NCBI GenBank assembly: GCA_965205485.1
Contig: OZ242180.1
Span: 3,520,001 to 3,584,000, forward strand
Length of the DNA stretch: 64,000 nucleotides
DNA from: Candidatus Latescibacterota bacterium
GTDB lineage: Bacteria; Latescibacterota; UBA2968; GCA-2709665
Direction: 5' to 3'
Part shown: one piece after another, positions 18,896 through 28,022 of the stretch
How the letters are laid out: every line of letters begins with the position of its first letter
Position numbering within the stretch: position 1 is the stretch's first letter
Notes under the pieces: model-generated
The model's input: only the letters and a program-made list of their open reading frames with translations
What the model was told of the DNA's origin: nothing
Databases searched by the model: none
Position numbers and translations under genes: made by a program

Positions 18896-19663
18896 ATGGA
18901 GAATCGCCTGGAGATCAGCGACGACCAGTTGGCGCACTTCGAACGAAACGGGTTCTTCCTCATCCCGAACCCTTTGGGGGCGCAGGGTGTGCGGGAGGTC
19001 GACAGCAGACAGCAGGAAGTGGAACCGGAATGGGAGCGCACGGAGTTCCCCGCGGGGTGCAACCAATTGGCGTGTCTCTTCCTGATGATCGGCGAACCGG
19101 TGCTGCTAATGGTGGAGCGGCCGGACCTCGTGGATGCGGCGCGGCGGATTCTGGGCGTGGAGAAGGTACACGTGGGGGCCTGCGGCATCGGCGACGCCTC
19201 GAAGGTGCAACGGGGCGAAAGGCGCCAGGTAGCGTGGCACGCGGACGGCAGTCCGGAAGTCCGGCAGGTGTCCTTCCGCACTGCCCTCGACCGTCACGAC
19301 GCCAGCAACGGACCGCTTCGTGTGCTGCCCGGCAGCCAGCACCGCCCTCCTGAGGAGGTCAGGGCCGAACTTCTGCAACTGGAACTGGCCACCGGGACGC
19401 ACGACGAGATGCCCGGGCAGTTCTTCGCCCGCCACCCCCACGAGGTCGAGGTCGTCCTCGACCCCCGATGGACCCTCGTCTGGACCCCCTCGTGCTGGCA
19501 CGCCACGGGCCTCAAGACCGCCGCCGGGCCCCGTCGCGCGATGGGATGGAACTACTTCCCTTCCGGCGGCCGCAAGCGCGATCTGGCCGCCATCAAACAC
19601 GTCCACCCGGACTGGCAGGATTGGACCGGGGAGCGGCAGCGCTTGTGGGGCCTTATCGACTGA
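18896..19663 (+). CDS. Phytanoyl-CoA dioxygenase (PhyH) family Fe(II)/2OG oxygenase
   Basis: F-x-x-NGF, WHAD, NGPLRVLPGSQH, WHAT. Confidence 0.88.
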   Translation: MENRLEISDDQLAHFERNGFFLIPNPLGAQGVREVDSRQQEVEPEWERTEFPAGCNQLACLFLMIGEPVLLMVERPDLVDAARRILGVEKVHVGACGIGDASKVQRGERRQVAWHADGSPEVRQVSFRTALDRHDASNGPLRVLPGSQHRPPEEVRAELLQLELATGTHDEMPGQFFARHPHEVEVVLDPRWTLVWTPSCWHATGLKTAAGPRRAMGWNYFPSGGRKRDLAAIKHVHPDWQDWTGERQRLWGLID

Positions 19664-19675
19664 CGGTCGCGCCCG

Positions 19676-20164
19676 ATGCCAATCCTGGTTTATATCAACG
19701 GTTCCATCAATTCCGGCAAATCGACCATAGGCAGTCTTCTGGCGAAGAATCTGCCCGGGACCGTCCACATTGAAGTTGACGAACTGCGGCACTTCGCGGA
19801 TTGTCTGAGTCTGGCGGAAGCGTGTCCTTACTGTCTCGAGGATGCGGCGACGCTGGCGAGGAACTGGCTGTCGCGCGGGTTCAACGTGGTGGTTACCTGG
19901 CCGATTTCACATTTCGACTATGCGGTCTTCGAACGAGTAGCGGCAGACGCCCGAGTTTCCATACACGCGTTTACGCTCCGTCCGGCCCTTGAAGTGGCCG
20001 TATCCGATCGCGGCGGGCGGCAACTTTCGAAACGGGAACGGACCCGTATCAGGGAGCAATATCGATCATCGCATATCGATCCCGGTATCGGAACCGCAAT
20101 CGACAACAGCGATCAGACGCCCGCCGAGACGTTGGCTGCCGTCCGCTCCACTCTGGGAGTGTAG
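19676..20164 (+). CDS. Small P-loop kinase (AAA_33/shikimate kinase-like)
   Basis: Walker A GSINSGKST. Confidence 0.82.
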   Translation: MPILVYINGSINSGKSTIGSLLAKNLPGTVHIEVDELRHFADCLSLAEACPYCLEDAATLARNWLSRGFNVVVTWPISHFDYAVFERVAADARVSIHAFTLRPALEVAVSDRGGRQLSKRERTRIREQYRSSHIDPGIGTAIDNSDQTPAETLAAVRSTLGV

Positions 20165-20229
20165 TCGTACCGGTCAGTGGACCTGGAGAGCATCGCTCCT
20201 TCCGCAAACAAACCCGGAACTCTGATCCG

Positions 20230-21216
20230 ATGACGAAGCCTCTCGTCCACAAAGCATTTGCGTTCATTATAAGATACGGGACGGTTGAACGATGCGAATT
20301 ACTGGTCCTTGAACTCAAATCCATCGGATACGAATTCTACCGCCTTCCGGGCGGGAACCTCGAAGGCAGTGAATCGCCACTTCAGGCAGCGCATCGGGAA
20401 ACTTTCGAAGAGTCGGGTATCGATAATCTGCGGTTCATCCGGAAAATCGGGACGACCCGATACTTCAAGCCCTACATCCAGTCGGACGTGGAACGGACGG
20501 ACTTCCTGTTCAGCGCCGATCCCCGTCTGCCGGACAGCTGGGAACACGTTGGAACGGTGGGTCCCGAAGACGGTGTGATTTTCGCATATTCGTGGATTTC
20601 CCACGATTCAATTTCGAGGGTGGATCCGGAATTGCGTACGTTCCTGACGCGTGACCGTATCCCGGAACTTTTCAGCCGTGGCCCCCTGCTTGGATTGAAC
20701 CGCGGTGAGGTTACGTTATCGCCTCATCGGGAAGAATGGAACATCCTGTTCGAATTGGAGAAGGAGAATATCGAAGAAACGATCGGGGACTACGTCGAGG
20801 ATATCCAGCACGTCGGCAGCACCTCTATCCCCGGCATGTCCGCGAAGCCCGTACTGGACATTGCGGTCGCCGTCAGGGACTTTGACGAAGCGAGGACCTG
20901 TATAGAGCCCCTTGACGGTATCGGGTACGAGTACCGGGGAGAAAACGGCATCCCGCGAAGGCACTTTTTTCGGAAAGGGTCCCCGCGTACCCATCATGTT
21001 CACGTGTTTGAAAGATCGAGCGCGGATTGGAATGAAGTCATCCTGTTCCGGGATTGCTTGAGATCGAATCAGAGCTTTGCGGAAGAATACAGGAGATTGA
21101 AACGAAACCTGGCTCGCCGGTTTCCGAAGGACCGGCCGTCGTTTCAGACCGGTAAGGCCGGGTTTATCGAAGAGGTCATCAAGAAGGGCCGTGAGGGGGC
21201 AGAAGGTAGACGGTAG
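20230..21216 (+). CDS. NUDIX-GrpB (UPF0157 nucleotidyltransferase-like) fusion
   Basis: PGGNLEGSESPLQAAHRETFEESG, then HVGSTSIPGMSAKPVLDI...HHVHV...FRDCLR...Y-x-x-LK. Confidence 0.88.
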   Translation: MTKPLVHKAFAFIIRYGTVERCELLVLELKSIGYEFYRLPGGNLEGSESPLQAAHRETFEESGIDNLRFIRKIGTTRYFKPYIQSDVERTDFLFSADPRLPDSWEHVGTVGPEDGVIFAYSWISHDSISRVDPELRTFLTRDRIPELFSRGPLLGLNRGEVTLSPHREEWNILFELEKENIEETIGDYVEDIQHVGSTSIPGMSAKPVLDIAVAVRDFDEARTCIEPLDGIGYEYRGENGIPRRHFFRKGSPRTHHVHVFERSSADWNEVILFRDCLRSNQSFAEEYRRLKRNLARRFPKDRPSFQTGKAGFIEEVIKKGREGAEGRR

Positions 21217-21305
21217 AAGAAGCCCTTGCCCGGTATGTTTTTCCTCCTTGCCTCCGGTACGAAAATAACCCTGACAAGGCAGGTAATCCCTCCGGTCTAC
21301 CGTTT
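21205..21305 (+). repeat. About 100-130 bp MITE-like element (family C), copy 1
   Basis: GACGGTAGAAGAA...CCTCCGG...CAAGGCAGG...GTCTACCG shared with 22965-23097 and 53015-53138. Confidence 0.85.
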
Positions 21306-21306
21306 T

Positions 21307-21930
21307 CAAGGAACACGCCGCAGGCAGGGAATCCTGAATAGATGGGCAAACGACGGGCTTTTGCCTGCGACCGGCCTCTATATTTTAATACAAATCATTA
21401 TTTTTATTTTATTTATACCCTTTTTCTTTCTCGCCAAAGAAAAAGGGTCAAAAAGAACGGCGCCGCTCAAACGCCGCGGGGCTGCTTTTCCGCGAACAAC
21501 CTCAGGGGAAAGAACGAAAGCCGTTGCCCTGCGTCCAGTGCAGGCAGTTCCGAGCTATTTTGCGGGACGGAATTGCGCGGAAAAGCCCCTGCCGCCCTGA
21601 CCAGGCGCGCGAATGTTACATTTGCAGGCGCGACGCATGGATCGCTTACGCAGAGGCGCGCAAATCGCCGATAGATTGCGCAAGGCGATATCGCTCGCTC
21701 TCGGTCAGGCATTTGTTTGTTTAACGCGATGCCACTCCCGAGCACTTTCGGAGCAGGGCGCGTTGTTCCGTCTCGCTCGAACTTACGAAATCCTCCGGCG
21801 TTGGCAGGCCAACGTATCAGGTGAGTCCTGTATGGGTATTCGCGCCATGCATGAGGCAGGCCCCGCGCCCAGCGGCGACTTTTGGTTCCTTTTGGTCGCT
21901 TCAAAAGGAACACGCCGTAGGCAGGGAATC
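21307..21930. repeat. About 600-bp non-coding structured element bounded by 26-bp direct repeats (family H)
   Basis: AAGGAACACGCCG(C/T)AGGCAGGGAATC at 21308 and 21905; perfect 13-bp hairpin 21417-21448, 10-bp hairpin 21885-21911. Confidence 0.7.
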
Positions 21931-21931
21931 T

Positions 21932-22220
21932 GGGGAGAAGTGGATTTTGAATTTAGGCCTTCCTTCTCGCTTTTAGCTGACGGCTGACCGCCAATAGCTG
22001 ATAGCTAATTCTGAGAGGGCCGGGGAGAGAGGTCTGCGGGGACGAGGGGAGAAGTGGATTTTGAATTTAGGCCTTCCTTCTCGCTTTTAGCTGACGGCTG
22101 ACCGCCAATAGCTGATAGCTTATTCTGAGAGGGCCGGGGAGAGAGGTCTGCGGTGCGGAGGGAAGATGTTGTTTTTGAATTTGGTTTTCGCTCTTAGCTG
22201 ATGGCTGACGGCTGATAGCT
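21932..22220. repeat. Tandem 114-bp repeat (2 copies plus degenerate third) containing GCTGA(C/T)(A/G) heptamers (family F)
   Basis: AGAAGTGGATTTTGAATTTAGG at 21936 and 22050; heptamer block also inverted at 32975-33012. Confidence 0.9.
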
Positions 22221-22278
22221 ATGTCTTCGTGTGAGTTGAATGTCGTCTTGATCTTTTCCCGTCCTGATTTATATAGTC

Positions 22279-22962
22279 ATGTCCAGCGAATTCGATTTCG
22301 GGGGAGCCGTTCCCGCCTGGGGGCGGAGCGCGGCCGAATACGAGGCATTCTTCGCTTTGTCCGATGTCCCTTCGTCCGCGCGCGTACTGGACTGTGGCGG
22401 AGGGCCGTCGTCGTTCACGGCGGAATGGGGCGGAACCGGGCGATTCGTCGTCGCCGTCGATCCCGTCTACAGCTCTTCCGGCCACAAAATCGAGGCGGAT
22501 TTCCGATCCACGTCCGCGAGAATGCTCAAGGGTGCGCGAGAGGCGTACGCACGGTTTCGCTGGGACCACTATGGAAGTCCCGAATCGGTCGTCAGGCTGC
22601 GCCGCGACGTCCTCACAGCCTTCCTGCGCGACTTCCGCTCGGCCGCCGCGAGCGGCCGCTACGTATCGGGAAGACTGCCCAATCTGCCCTTTCGGTCGAC
22701 TACTTTCGATCTTGTCCTCTGTTCCCACCTGCTGTTTCTGTACTCCGCGGAGTTCGATACCGAGACTCACATATCGTACCTGCTGGAACTGCTTCGGGTC
22801 GGTCGCGAGGTCCGGGTCTATCCGCTGTTGGACATGGCGGGTAATCGATCGAGGCATCTGGACCATACGATTCAGAAGATGCGGGATCGCGCGGACGTCG
22901 AGGTCGTGCCGGTGCCGTTCGAGTTCCGTCGGGGAGATACAAACATGCTGAGGCTGACGTAA
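22279..22962 (+). CDS. SAM-dependent methyltransferase
   Basis: VLDCGGGPSSF, AVDPVY, LPNLPF...FDLVLCSHLLF, EVRVYPL. Confidence 0.9.
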   Translation: MSSEFDFGGAVPAWGRSAAEYEAFFALSDVPSSARVLDCGGGPSSFTAEWGGTGRFVVAVDPVYSSSGHKIEADFRSTSARMLKGAREAYARFRWDHYGSPESVVRLRRDVLTAFLRDFRSAAASGRYVSGRLPNLPFRSTTFDLVLCSHLLFLYSAEFDTETHISYLLELLRVGREVRVYPLLDMAGNRSRHLDHTIQKMRDRADVEVVPVPFEFRRGDTNMLRLT

Positions 22963-22964
22963 AG

Positions 22965-23097
22965 GCGGTGAGAGGTAAGAGGGGAGCCGGTAGAAGAAGT
23001 CTTCGCCCGGTATTTTATCCTACCATCCCTCCGGCACGAAAAGAATCCTCACAAGGCAGGCAATCTCTAACCTCTCCCGTCTTCAGTCTACCCGCTC
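22965..23097 (+). repeat. Family C element, copy 2
   Basis: CGGTAGAAGAAG...CCTCCGGCACGAA...CACAAGGCAGG...GTCTACCCGC. Confidence 0.8.
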
Positions 23098-23159
23098 TTG
23101 GCTGATAGCTTATTTCCAGATCTCTCGGTTTGATCATCGCCTTGCATTGTGTCTGCAAT

Positions 23160-23311
23160 TAATATAACGTATCCCGTTTAATGAATATAGTTAAACGGGA
23201 TACGTTTACGATAATACGTTAAATGTTATTCATTTAATGGAATCCATTTAACGTATTTTATTTAACGGACCAAATTTAGCACTTGTCATTTAACGGAAAA
23301 CGTTATAATAT
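23160..23311 (+). promoter_or_regulatory. AT-rich higBA-type promoter/operator region
   Basis: Perfect 16-bp inverted repeat 23166-23181/23191-23206; TTGTCA (23283) with TAACG-N5-CGTTA (23291-23305) overlapping TATAAT. Confidence 0.7.
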
Positions 23312-23398
23312 ACCGTATTGTGCAATCCTTCGAAAATCGGGAGTTCCTGCGTCGCCTGTGAGATGAATGTCGCAACTGATCGCCCAGGAGAATCAACC

Positions 23399-23704
23399 AT
23401 GTCCGTTGGAGAAACGGTTCCCGTTCATCCCGGGAGGATATTGCAGGAACAGTTTCTCGAGCCCATGGACCTCAGCCAGAACCAGTTGGCGCTGTCCATC
23501 GGGGTGCCGCCCCGCCGCATAAATGAGATCGTCCTCGGCAAACGCGGCATAACCGCGGATACGGCGCTGAGACTCGCCCGGTATTTCTACACCTCCCCCC
23601 GATTCTGGATGAACATTCAGACAAACTTTGAGCTGGAAGTCGCCGAGGAGGCACTCTCGGAGCGGCTGGACCGGGAAGTGCGTCCCCACGTCCGCGGTGG
23701 ATAG
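23399..23704 (+). CDS. higA: HigA-family antitoxin (orphan)
   Basis: HPGRIL...SQNQLA...RRINEIVLGKRGITADTALRLARYF...FWMNIQ; AGGAG RBS. Confidence 0.93.
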   Translation: MSVGETVPVHPGRILQEQFLEPMDLSQNQLALSIGVPPRRINEIVLGKRGITADTALRLARYFYTSPRFWMNIQTNFELEVAEEALSERLDREVRPHVRGG

Positions 23705-23735
23705 ACCGTGGGTTTTCTATTGCACCATCCGATAT

Positions 23736-23751
23736 CGGCACGAAACTTGCA
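23736..23751 (+). promoter_or_regulatory. Possible sigma54 -24/-12 site
   Basis: CGGCACG-AAAC-TTGCA just before the EEP gene; the implied leader would be very short. Confidence 0.35.
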
Positions 23752-23766
23752 TTACAGGACTCAGGA

Positions 23767-24627
23767 ATGTCCGGACTTCGCGTGATGAGCTTCAACCTTG
23801 CCGGCGGTTACGACGAACATGAACCGGAGAACGCATGGATCGGTTCCGGCCGCTCGCAACTGGTCTGCGACGTGATTGAAGACGCGTCGCCGGACCTCAT
23901 CGGATTCCAGGAAACGCAGTGGCCCAATTTCGCCACATTTGGCGAAGCCCTTGTGGGGTATGACAGCTTCCAGGGCCCTCACGCGAACGATCCACCGCAT
24001 CTCTTCAACCCTGTTTACTGGCGGCGAGAGCGGCTTCAGCCACGATCGAAGGGCGGATTCTGGATCAGCGATACGCCGGAGAAGTACTCGAGGTCCTGGG
24101 AGTCAGCCTGCGTCCGGACCGCAACCTGGGTCCGCTTTCGCGACCTCGCGAATGGCATGGATTTCCTTCACGTCAATACACATCTCGATCACATCAGCGA
24201 ACGGGCCCGGACCGGAGGCGCATCTCTGCTGAACCGGTGGATCTCCAATACTGCACGAGGCGGAGAACTCCAACTGTTGACCGGAGACTTCAACTGCAAT
24301 CCGTGGACGCCGGAGGTGGAGGATGCTGGCGCGGCCGGCAGCACGATCACCGACGCGGCACACCGAATCCTGCTCGGGTCAGGCTTCGAAGATGCGTTCC
24401 TGTGCGCCGGGCTTCGCGACGGAATAGCGTCGAATACCTATCACGGTTATGATGGAGCAGCGTACGACCTGCGGCTCCATCACCTTTCCTGGCGTCTGGA
24501 TTGGGTCCTGTTTCGGGGCGCGGGACTGCAGGTCGACGTGGAAAAGTCCGAGATTGTCCGAAGCCACCGGGGTTCGCTCTATCCCAGCGATCACTATCCG
24601 GTCGTTTCGGACTTGTGCTGGAAGTGA
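23767..24627 (+). CDS. Endonuclease/exonuclease/phosphatase (EEP) family protein
   Basis: MSFN, DLIGFQE, NTHLDH, GDFN, LDWV, SDHYPV. Confidence 0.93.
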   Translation: MSGLRVMSFNLAGGYDEHEPENAWIGSGRSQLVCDVIEDASPDLIGFQETQWPNFATFGEALVGYDSFQGPHANDPPHLFNPVYWRRERLQPRSKGGFWISDTPEKYSRSWESACVRTATWVRFRDLANGMDFLHVNTHLDHISERARTGGASLLNRWISNTARGGELQLLTGDFNCNPWTPEVEDAGAAGSTITDAAHRILLGSGFEDAFLCAGLRDGIASNTYHGYDGAAYDLRLHHLSWRLDWVLFRGAGLQVDVEKSEIVRSHRGSLYPSDHYPVVSDLCWK

Positions 24628-24941
24628 CGCCTGGCGTCTACCTGTGCATCGGGAGGCGCGCATGCGCTCATATGAACCGAATTACTCCCCCGGATTATTG
24701 TTTAACTAGCATTAATATCACTCATTCCATGTGTGGGAATGAGAACCGAAAGGGGGATCCAATTTGTCGAATCACCACACCCATCGTCTATGCCGATGCT
24801 TCGAATCTGAACGGAGTCAAAGGCATCCACATCGCTGATACGGGCCGGATCAGGGGTCTGAATGAGGACTCCCTTATCCGGCGGGAGATGAACCAGGAAG
24901 ACATGCAGCCAGAAACCACGACAGAAAACGGCAAATCGATA

Positions 24942-25499
24942 ATGCGAAGGGTCTGCATCATCGGTTGCGGGGGTTCGGGAAAGTCCACACTGGCGGTCAA
25001 GCTCGGAACTCTGCTGGACCTGCCGGTCGTCCATCTCGACGCCGTTCATTGGAGGCCGAACTGGGAAAAGCCCCCCAGGGACGTCTGGCAGCGCCAGCAC
25101 GGGGAGCTCCTCGAGCGCGAGACCTGGATTCTGGACGGAAACTACGGAAGTACGATGAAACAGAGGATAGCGGCAAGCGACACGGTGGTCCTGCTGGCGC
25201 TGCCCCGATTCACATGTCTCTTTCAGGTATTCAAGCGGGCGGTCAGGCATCTGGGCCGCAGCCGGCCGGACTTGAACCCCGGCTGCCGGGAGCAGTTGCC
25301 CGATCTGGAATTCCTCGATTGGATCTGGAACTACAACAGGACACGCCTGCCGGGGATACTTGATGCACTGGAACGGGTTATAAACGAAAAGAACGTCGTG
25401 ATCTTGCGGTCGCGGGGCGACGTGGCGCGGTTTCTGAATGAACTGAAGAAGGGGGGAACCGGTCGGGCTGTGATGCGGGATGCCAGCGGCCGCGCGTGA
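24942..25499 (+). CDS. FlaR / DNA topology modulation protein-like P-loop kinase
   Basis: IIGCGGSGKSTLA, HLD, WILDGNY, RPDL-x-PGC-x-E; start may lie up to 54 nt upstream. Confidence 0.88.
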   Translation: MRRVCIIGCGGSGKSTLAVKLGTLLDLPVVHLDAVHWRPNWEKPPRDVWQRQHGELLERETWILDGNYGSTMKQRIAASDTVVLLALPRFTCLFQVFKRAVRHLGRSRPDLNPGCREQLPDLEFLDWIWNYNRTRLPGILDALERVINEKNVVILRSRGDVARFLNELKKGGTGRAVMRDASGRA

Positions 25500-25620
25500 C
25501 GTACACAACAAACTCACCGACCGGAACGACTGGTCTGTACACAACCCACATTGATAATTCGCCGACATAAACGGGTTACGCGTTTCACGCGCTGAACGCT
25601 TCAATTCAATTGGGGGAAAC

Positions 25621-26091
25621 ATGTCGACGTATGAGATCGTCTATCAGGAGGATGCAAGGGGCGTCAATTGGAAGGACCTCGCGGAAGTCTACAAGCGGGC
25701 ACCTCTGGGAAGGCTGGATCCGGGAAAACTCCGCCGCGCGTACGCCGATAGCGAAGTCAGCTGTTTCGCCTTCAGCGGAAAAGCGCTGGTTGGGGGCGGA
25801 CGGACGATTACGGACGACGAGGCGCCTGCGACCGTCTGCGAGCTTGTCGTTGCGCCGGAATATCAGCGCCAGGGTGTCGGGAGGGCGATCTTGCGATCGA
25901 TACTCCGGAAACTCGCCGTTCCCAGGGTGATCCTGGCATGTGTCCACGGACAGCAGGATTTCTACCGACGAGAAGGGTTTCTCACCCACGAGTCGGTCAT
26001 GGCGCTGTACGCGAACACGCAATGGTTCGTCGAAAACGCAAATCTGGAATCGGGAGACCCGGTGAACGCCGTAGCGGCCTATTCGGATTGA
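25621..26091 (+). CDS. GNAT N-acetyltransferase
   Basis: VAPEYQRQGVGRAI...FYRREGF. Confidence 0.9.
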   Translation: MSTYEIVYQEDARGVNWKDLAEVYKRAPLGRLDPGKLRRAYADSEVSCFAFSGKALVGGGRTITDDEAPATVCELVVAPEYQRQGVGRAILRSILRKLAVPRVILACVHGQQDFYRREGFLTHESVMALYANTQWFVENANLESGDPVNAVAAYSD

Positions 26092-26155
26092 ACCGTCGTC
26101 GTTTCGGTCATTTAGAGAAGCGGCGGAGTCCGTTCTATCGAGATGGAGCGATCCA

Positions 26156-26794
26156 GTGAGCGCCAGGTTCCGTTGCGGAGACGCGATCCTTTACCGAGAG
26201 CTCGACGAGAAAGGCCGGATCATCGACGTAAAGCCCGTCACCGTGGTCGAGGATTCCGATGCCCGGACGTTGCTATGGCTCCCGTTGGGGACGCCGTCGA
26301 AGAAGCCCGTGTTATCCTTCGATACTCCAGACAGGCCCCGGGACTGGGTGAACTGGACCTGGACGCTGGCCGATTCGGTCTGGCGTTGGGCGGAGCTTTT
26401 GATCATCGTCCGGCCAGGGGAATTCCGCGCAACGTGGGTGCGGTGGTCTGCCGATGGTGTGTTTCAGGGCTGGTACGTCAATCTTCAGAGCAAGTTGACA
26501 CGCACGCGGCTGGGTTTCGATTTCAGAGATCACCAGCTCGACATAATTGTCGATCCGGAACGAAGCTGGACATGGAAAGACCGTGATGAATTCGACCTCG
26601 CGATCCGACAGGGACGGATGACACCGGAAGTGGGCAGGGTGGCGTTGAACGAAGGAAGACTCGCCGTTGACGAAATAGAGGGTTCCGTCGGGGTGTATAC
26701 GGAGGGGTGGGAGAACTGGCGTCCCGATGCGACACTGGCGCGACCGCAGATGCGTGAGGACTGGGACGACCTGTCCATGTACGACAAGCCTTGA
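26156..26794 (+). CDS. DUF402 family protein
   Basis: PVTVVED, WYVNLQ, DHQLDIIV, WKDRDEF. Confidence 0.85.
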   Translation: MSARFRCGDAILYRELDEKGRIIDVKPVTVVEDSDARTLLWLPLGTPSKKPVLSFDTPDRPRDWVNWTWTLADSVWRWAELLIIVRPGEFRATWVRWSADGVFQGWYVNLQSKLTRTRLGFDFRDHQLDIIVDPERSWTWKDRDEFDLAIRQGRMTPEVGRVALNEGRLAVDEIEGSVGVYTEGWENWRPDATLARPQMREDWDDLSMYDKP

Positions 26795-26995
26795 TCGGAA
26801 TAATCAGATGAACCCGTGTCGAAACAAGCTTCTGTTCACCACCTCCGCCCGTGGCCCGGCGCCGGTCTGAAGCAGACCATGATCAGGTGCCTCGAATTGG
26901 CAATTCGAGGTACGTCGTGGCCGACTTAAGGTGCTTGATCCGGTGCCGAAAATTGGCGATTCGCAGGCGACAATAATACAAATCAAGGCGAATCC

Positions 26996-27808
26996 ATGGA
27001 CGACATGACCGACATACGCGAGTTTTACAATGCCGGCTGGGACGCCGAGGATGACCGGCTCACGCGCCATCAGCTGGAAGCGGATTTGACCTGGCGATAC
27101 CTCGACCATTACCTCCCTTCCTGCGGGAGGCTTCTGGAAGTCGGCTTTGGCACGGGGTCTTATTCCTTTCCACTGGCAAAGCGGGGCTACCGGATTACCT
27201 CTGTGGACCTCGCCGACGAGTTCGTCGCCCGGTGCAAGGCGAGGGCCGAGGCGCTGGGTCTTGCGGACCGGACCGATTTCCGCACCGGCGATGCGCGCAC
27301 CCTGGACGGGGTCCCGTGCGGACAGTTCGACGCCGTCCTCCTGATGGGCCCACTGTACCATCTGGTGGATGAGACCGATCGGACGATGGCCGTGAAATCC
27401 GCCTTCGAGCGCCTGAAACCCGGCGGCGTGGTCTTTGCAACGATGCTCTCCAGGTTCGGTGTTATTGGAGACCTGATCAAAAAAACCCCGTCGTGGATTG
27501 AGAATCAGGAGGAGATCCGGTCCCTGATCGGCAACGGCCATCGTCCAAATGATGCGCCGCGTGGCGGCTTCCGCGGGTATTTCGTTCGCTATGAGGAAGT
27601 CGCCCCAATGCATGAACGCGCGGGATTCCATACACTGAATATTGCCGGGTTGGAGCCCGCGATTGCTTCGGACGACGAAAGCTATAACAGCCTGCGGGGA
27701 AAGCAGCAAGAACTGTGGCGTAATCTGCTGTTCGAGATCAGCGAGGAACAGAGCATCGTCGCTTCGTCCAGGCACATTCTGTACATCGGACAGAAGCCGG
27801 GCGACTGA
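26996..27808 (+). CDS. Class I SAM-dependent methyltransferase
   Basis: LEVGFGTGSYS, GDAR, FDAVLLMGPLYHL, LKPGG. Confidence 0.92.
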   Translation: MDDMTDIREFYNAGWDAEDDRLTRHQLEADLTWRYLDHYLPSCGRLLEVGFGTGSYSFPLAKRGYRITSVDLADEFVARCKARAEALGLADRTDFRTGDARTLDGVPCGQFDAVLLMGPLYHLVDETDRTMAVKSAFERLKPGGVVFATMLSRFGVIGDLIKKTPSWIENQEEIRSLIGNGHRPNDAPRGGFRGYFVRYEEVAPMHERAGFHTLNIAGLEPAIASDDESYNSLRGKQQELWRNLLFEISEEQSIVASSRHILYIGQKPGD

Positions 27809-27856
27809 TGTTCGCGGATTTATCTGACATCCAGCGGTAAGTCGCCCGCCAGGCAT

Positions 27857-28022
27857 CCCTTCGACAGGCTCAGGGCAACACTAAGGAAGCGGCGTCTGCG
27901 ATCCGAGCCGTTCCCTGAGCCTGTCGAAGGGTCGGCGAGGGGCACCCAAGAGCGGCCAACAGATTACGCAATACGGGCATTTCGACATTTCGACAAGCTC
28001 AACGCAGGCATGCTCAATGACC
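27857..28022. repeat. REP-like cluster (CCCTGAGCCTGTCGAAGGG family) with an inverted pair and a nested copy
   Basis: CCCTTCGACAGGCTCAGGG 27857-27875; CCCTGAGCCTGTCGAAGGG 27913-27931; TTCGAC[ATTTCGACAAGCTCAACGCAGG]CATGCTCAATGACC about 27981-28022. Confidence 0.85.

Noticed and set aside
21932..22220. CRISPR array
   Set aside because: Whole 114-bp units repeat with no unique spacers, and no cas genes are present
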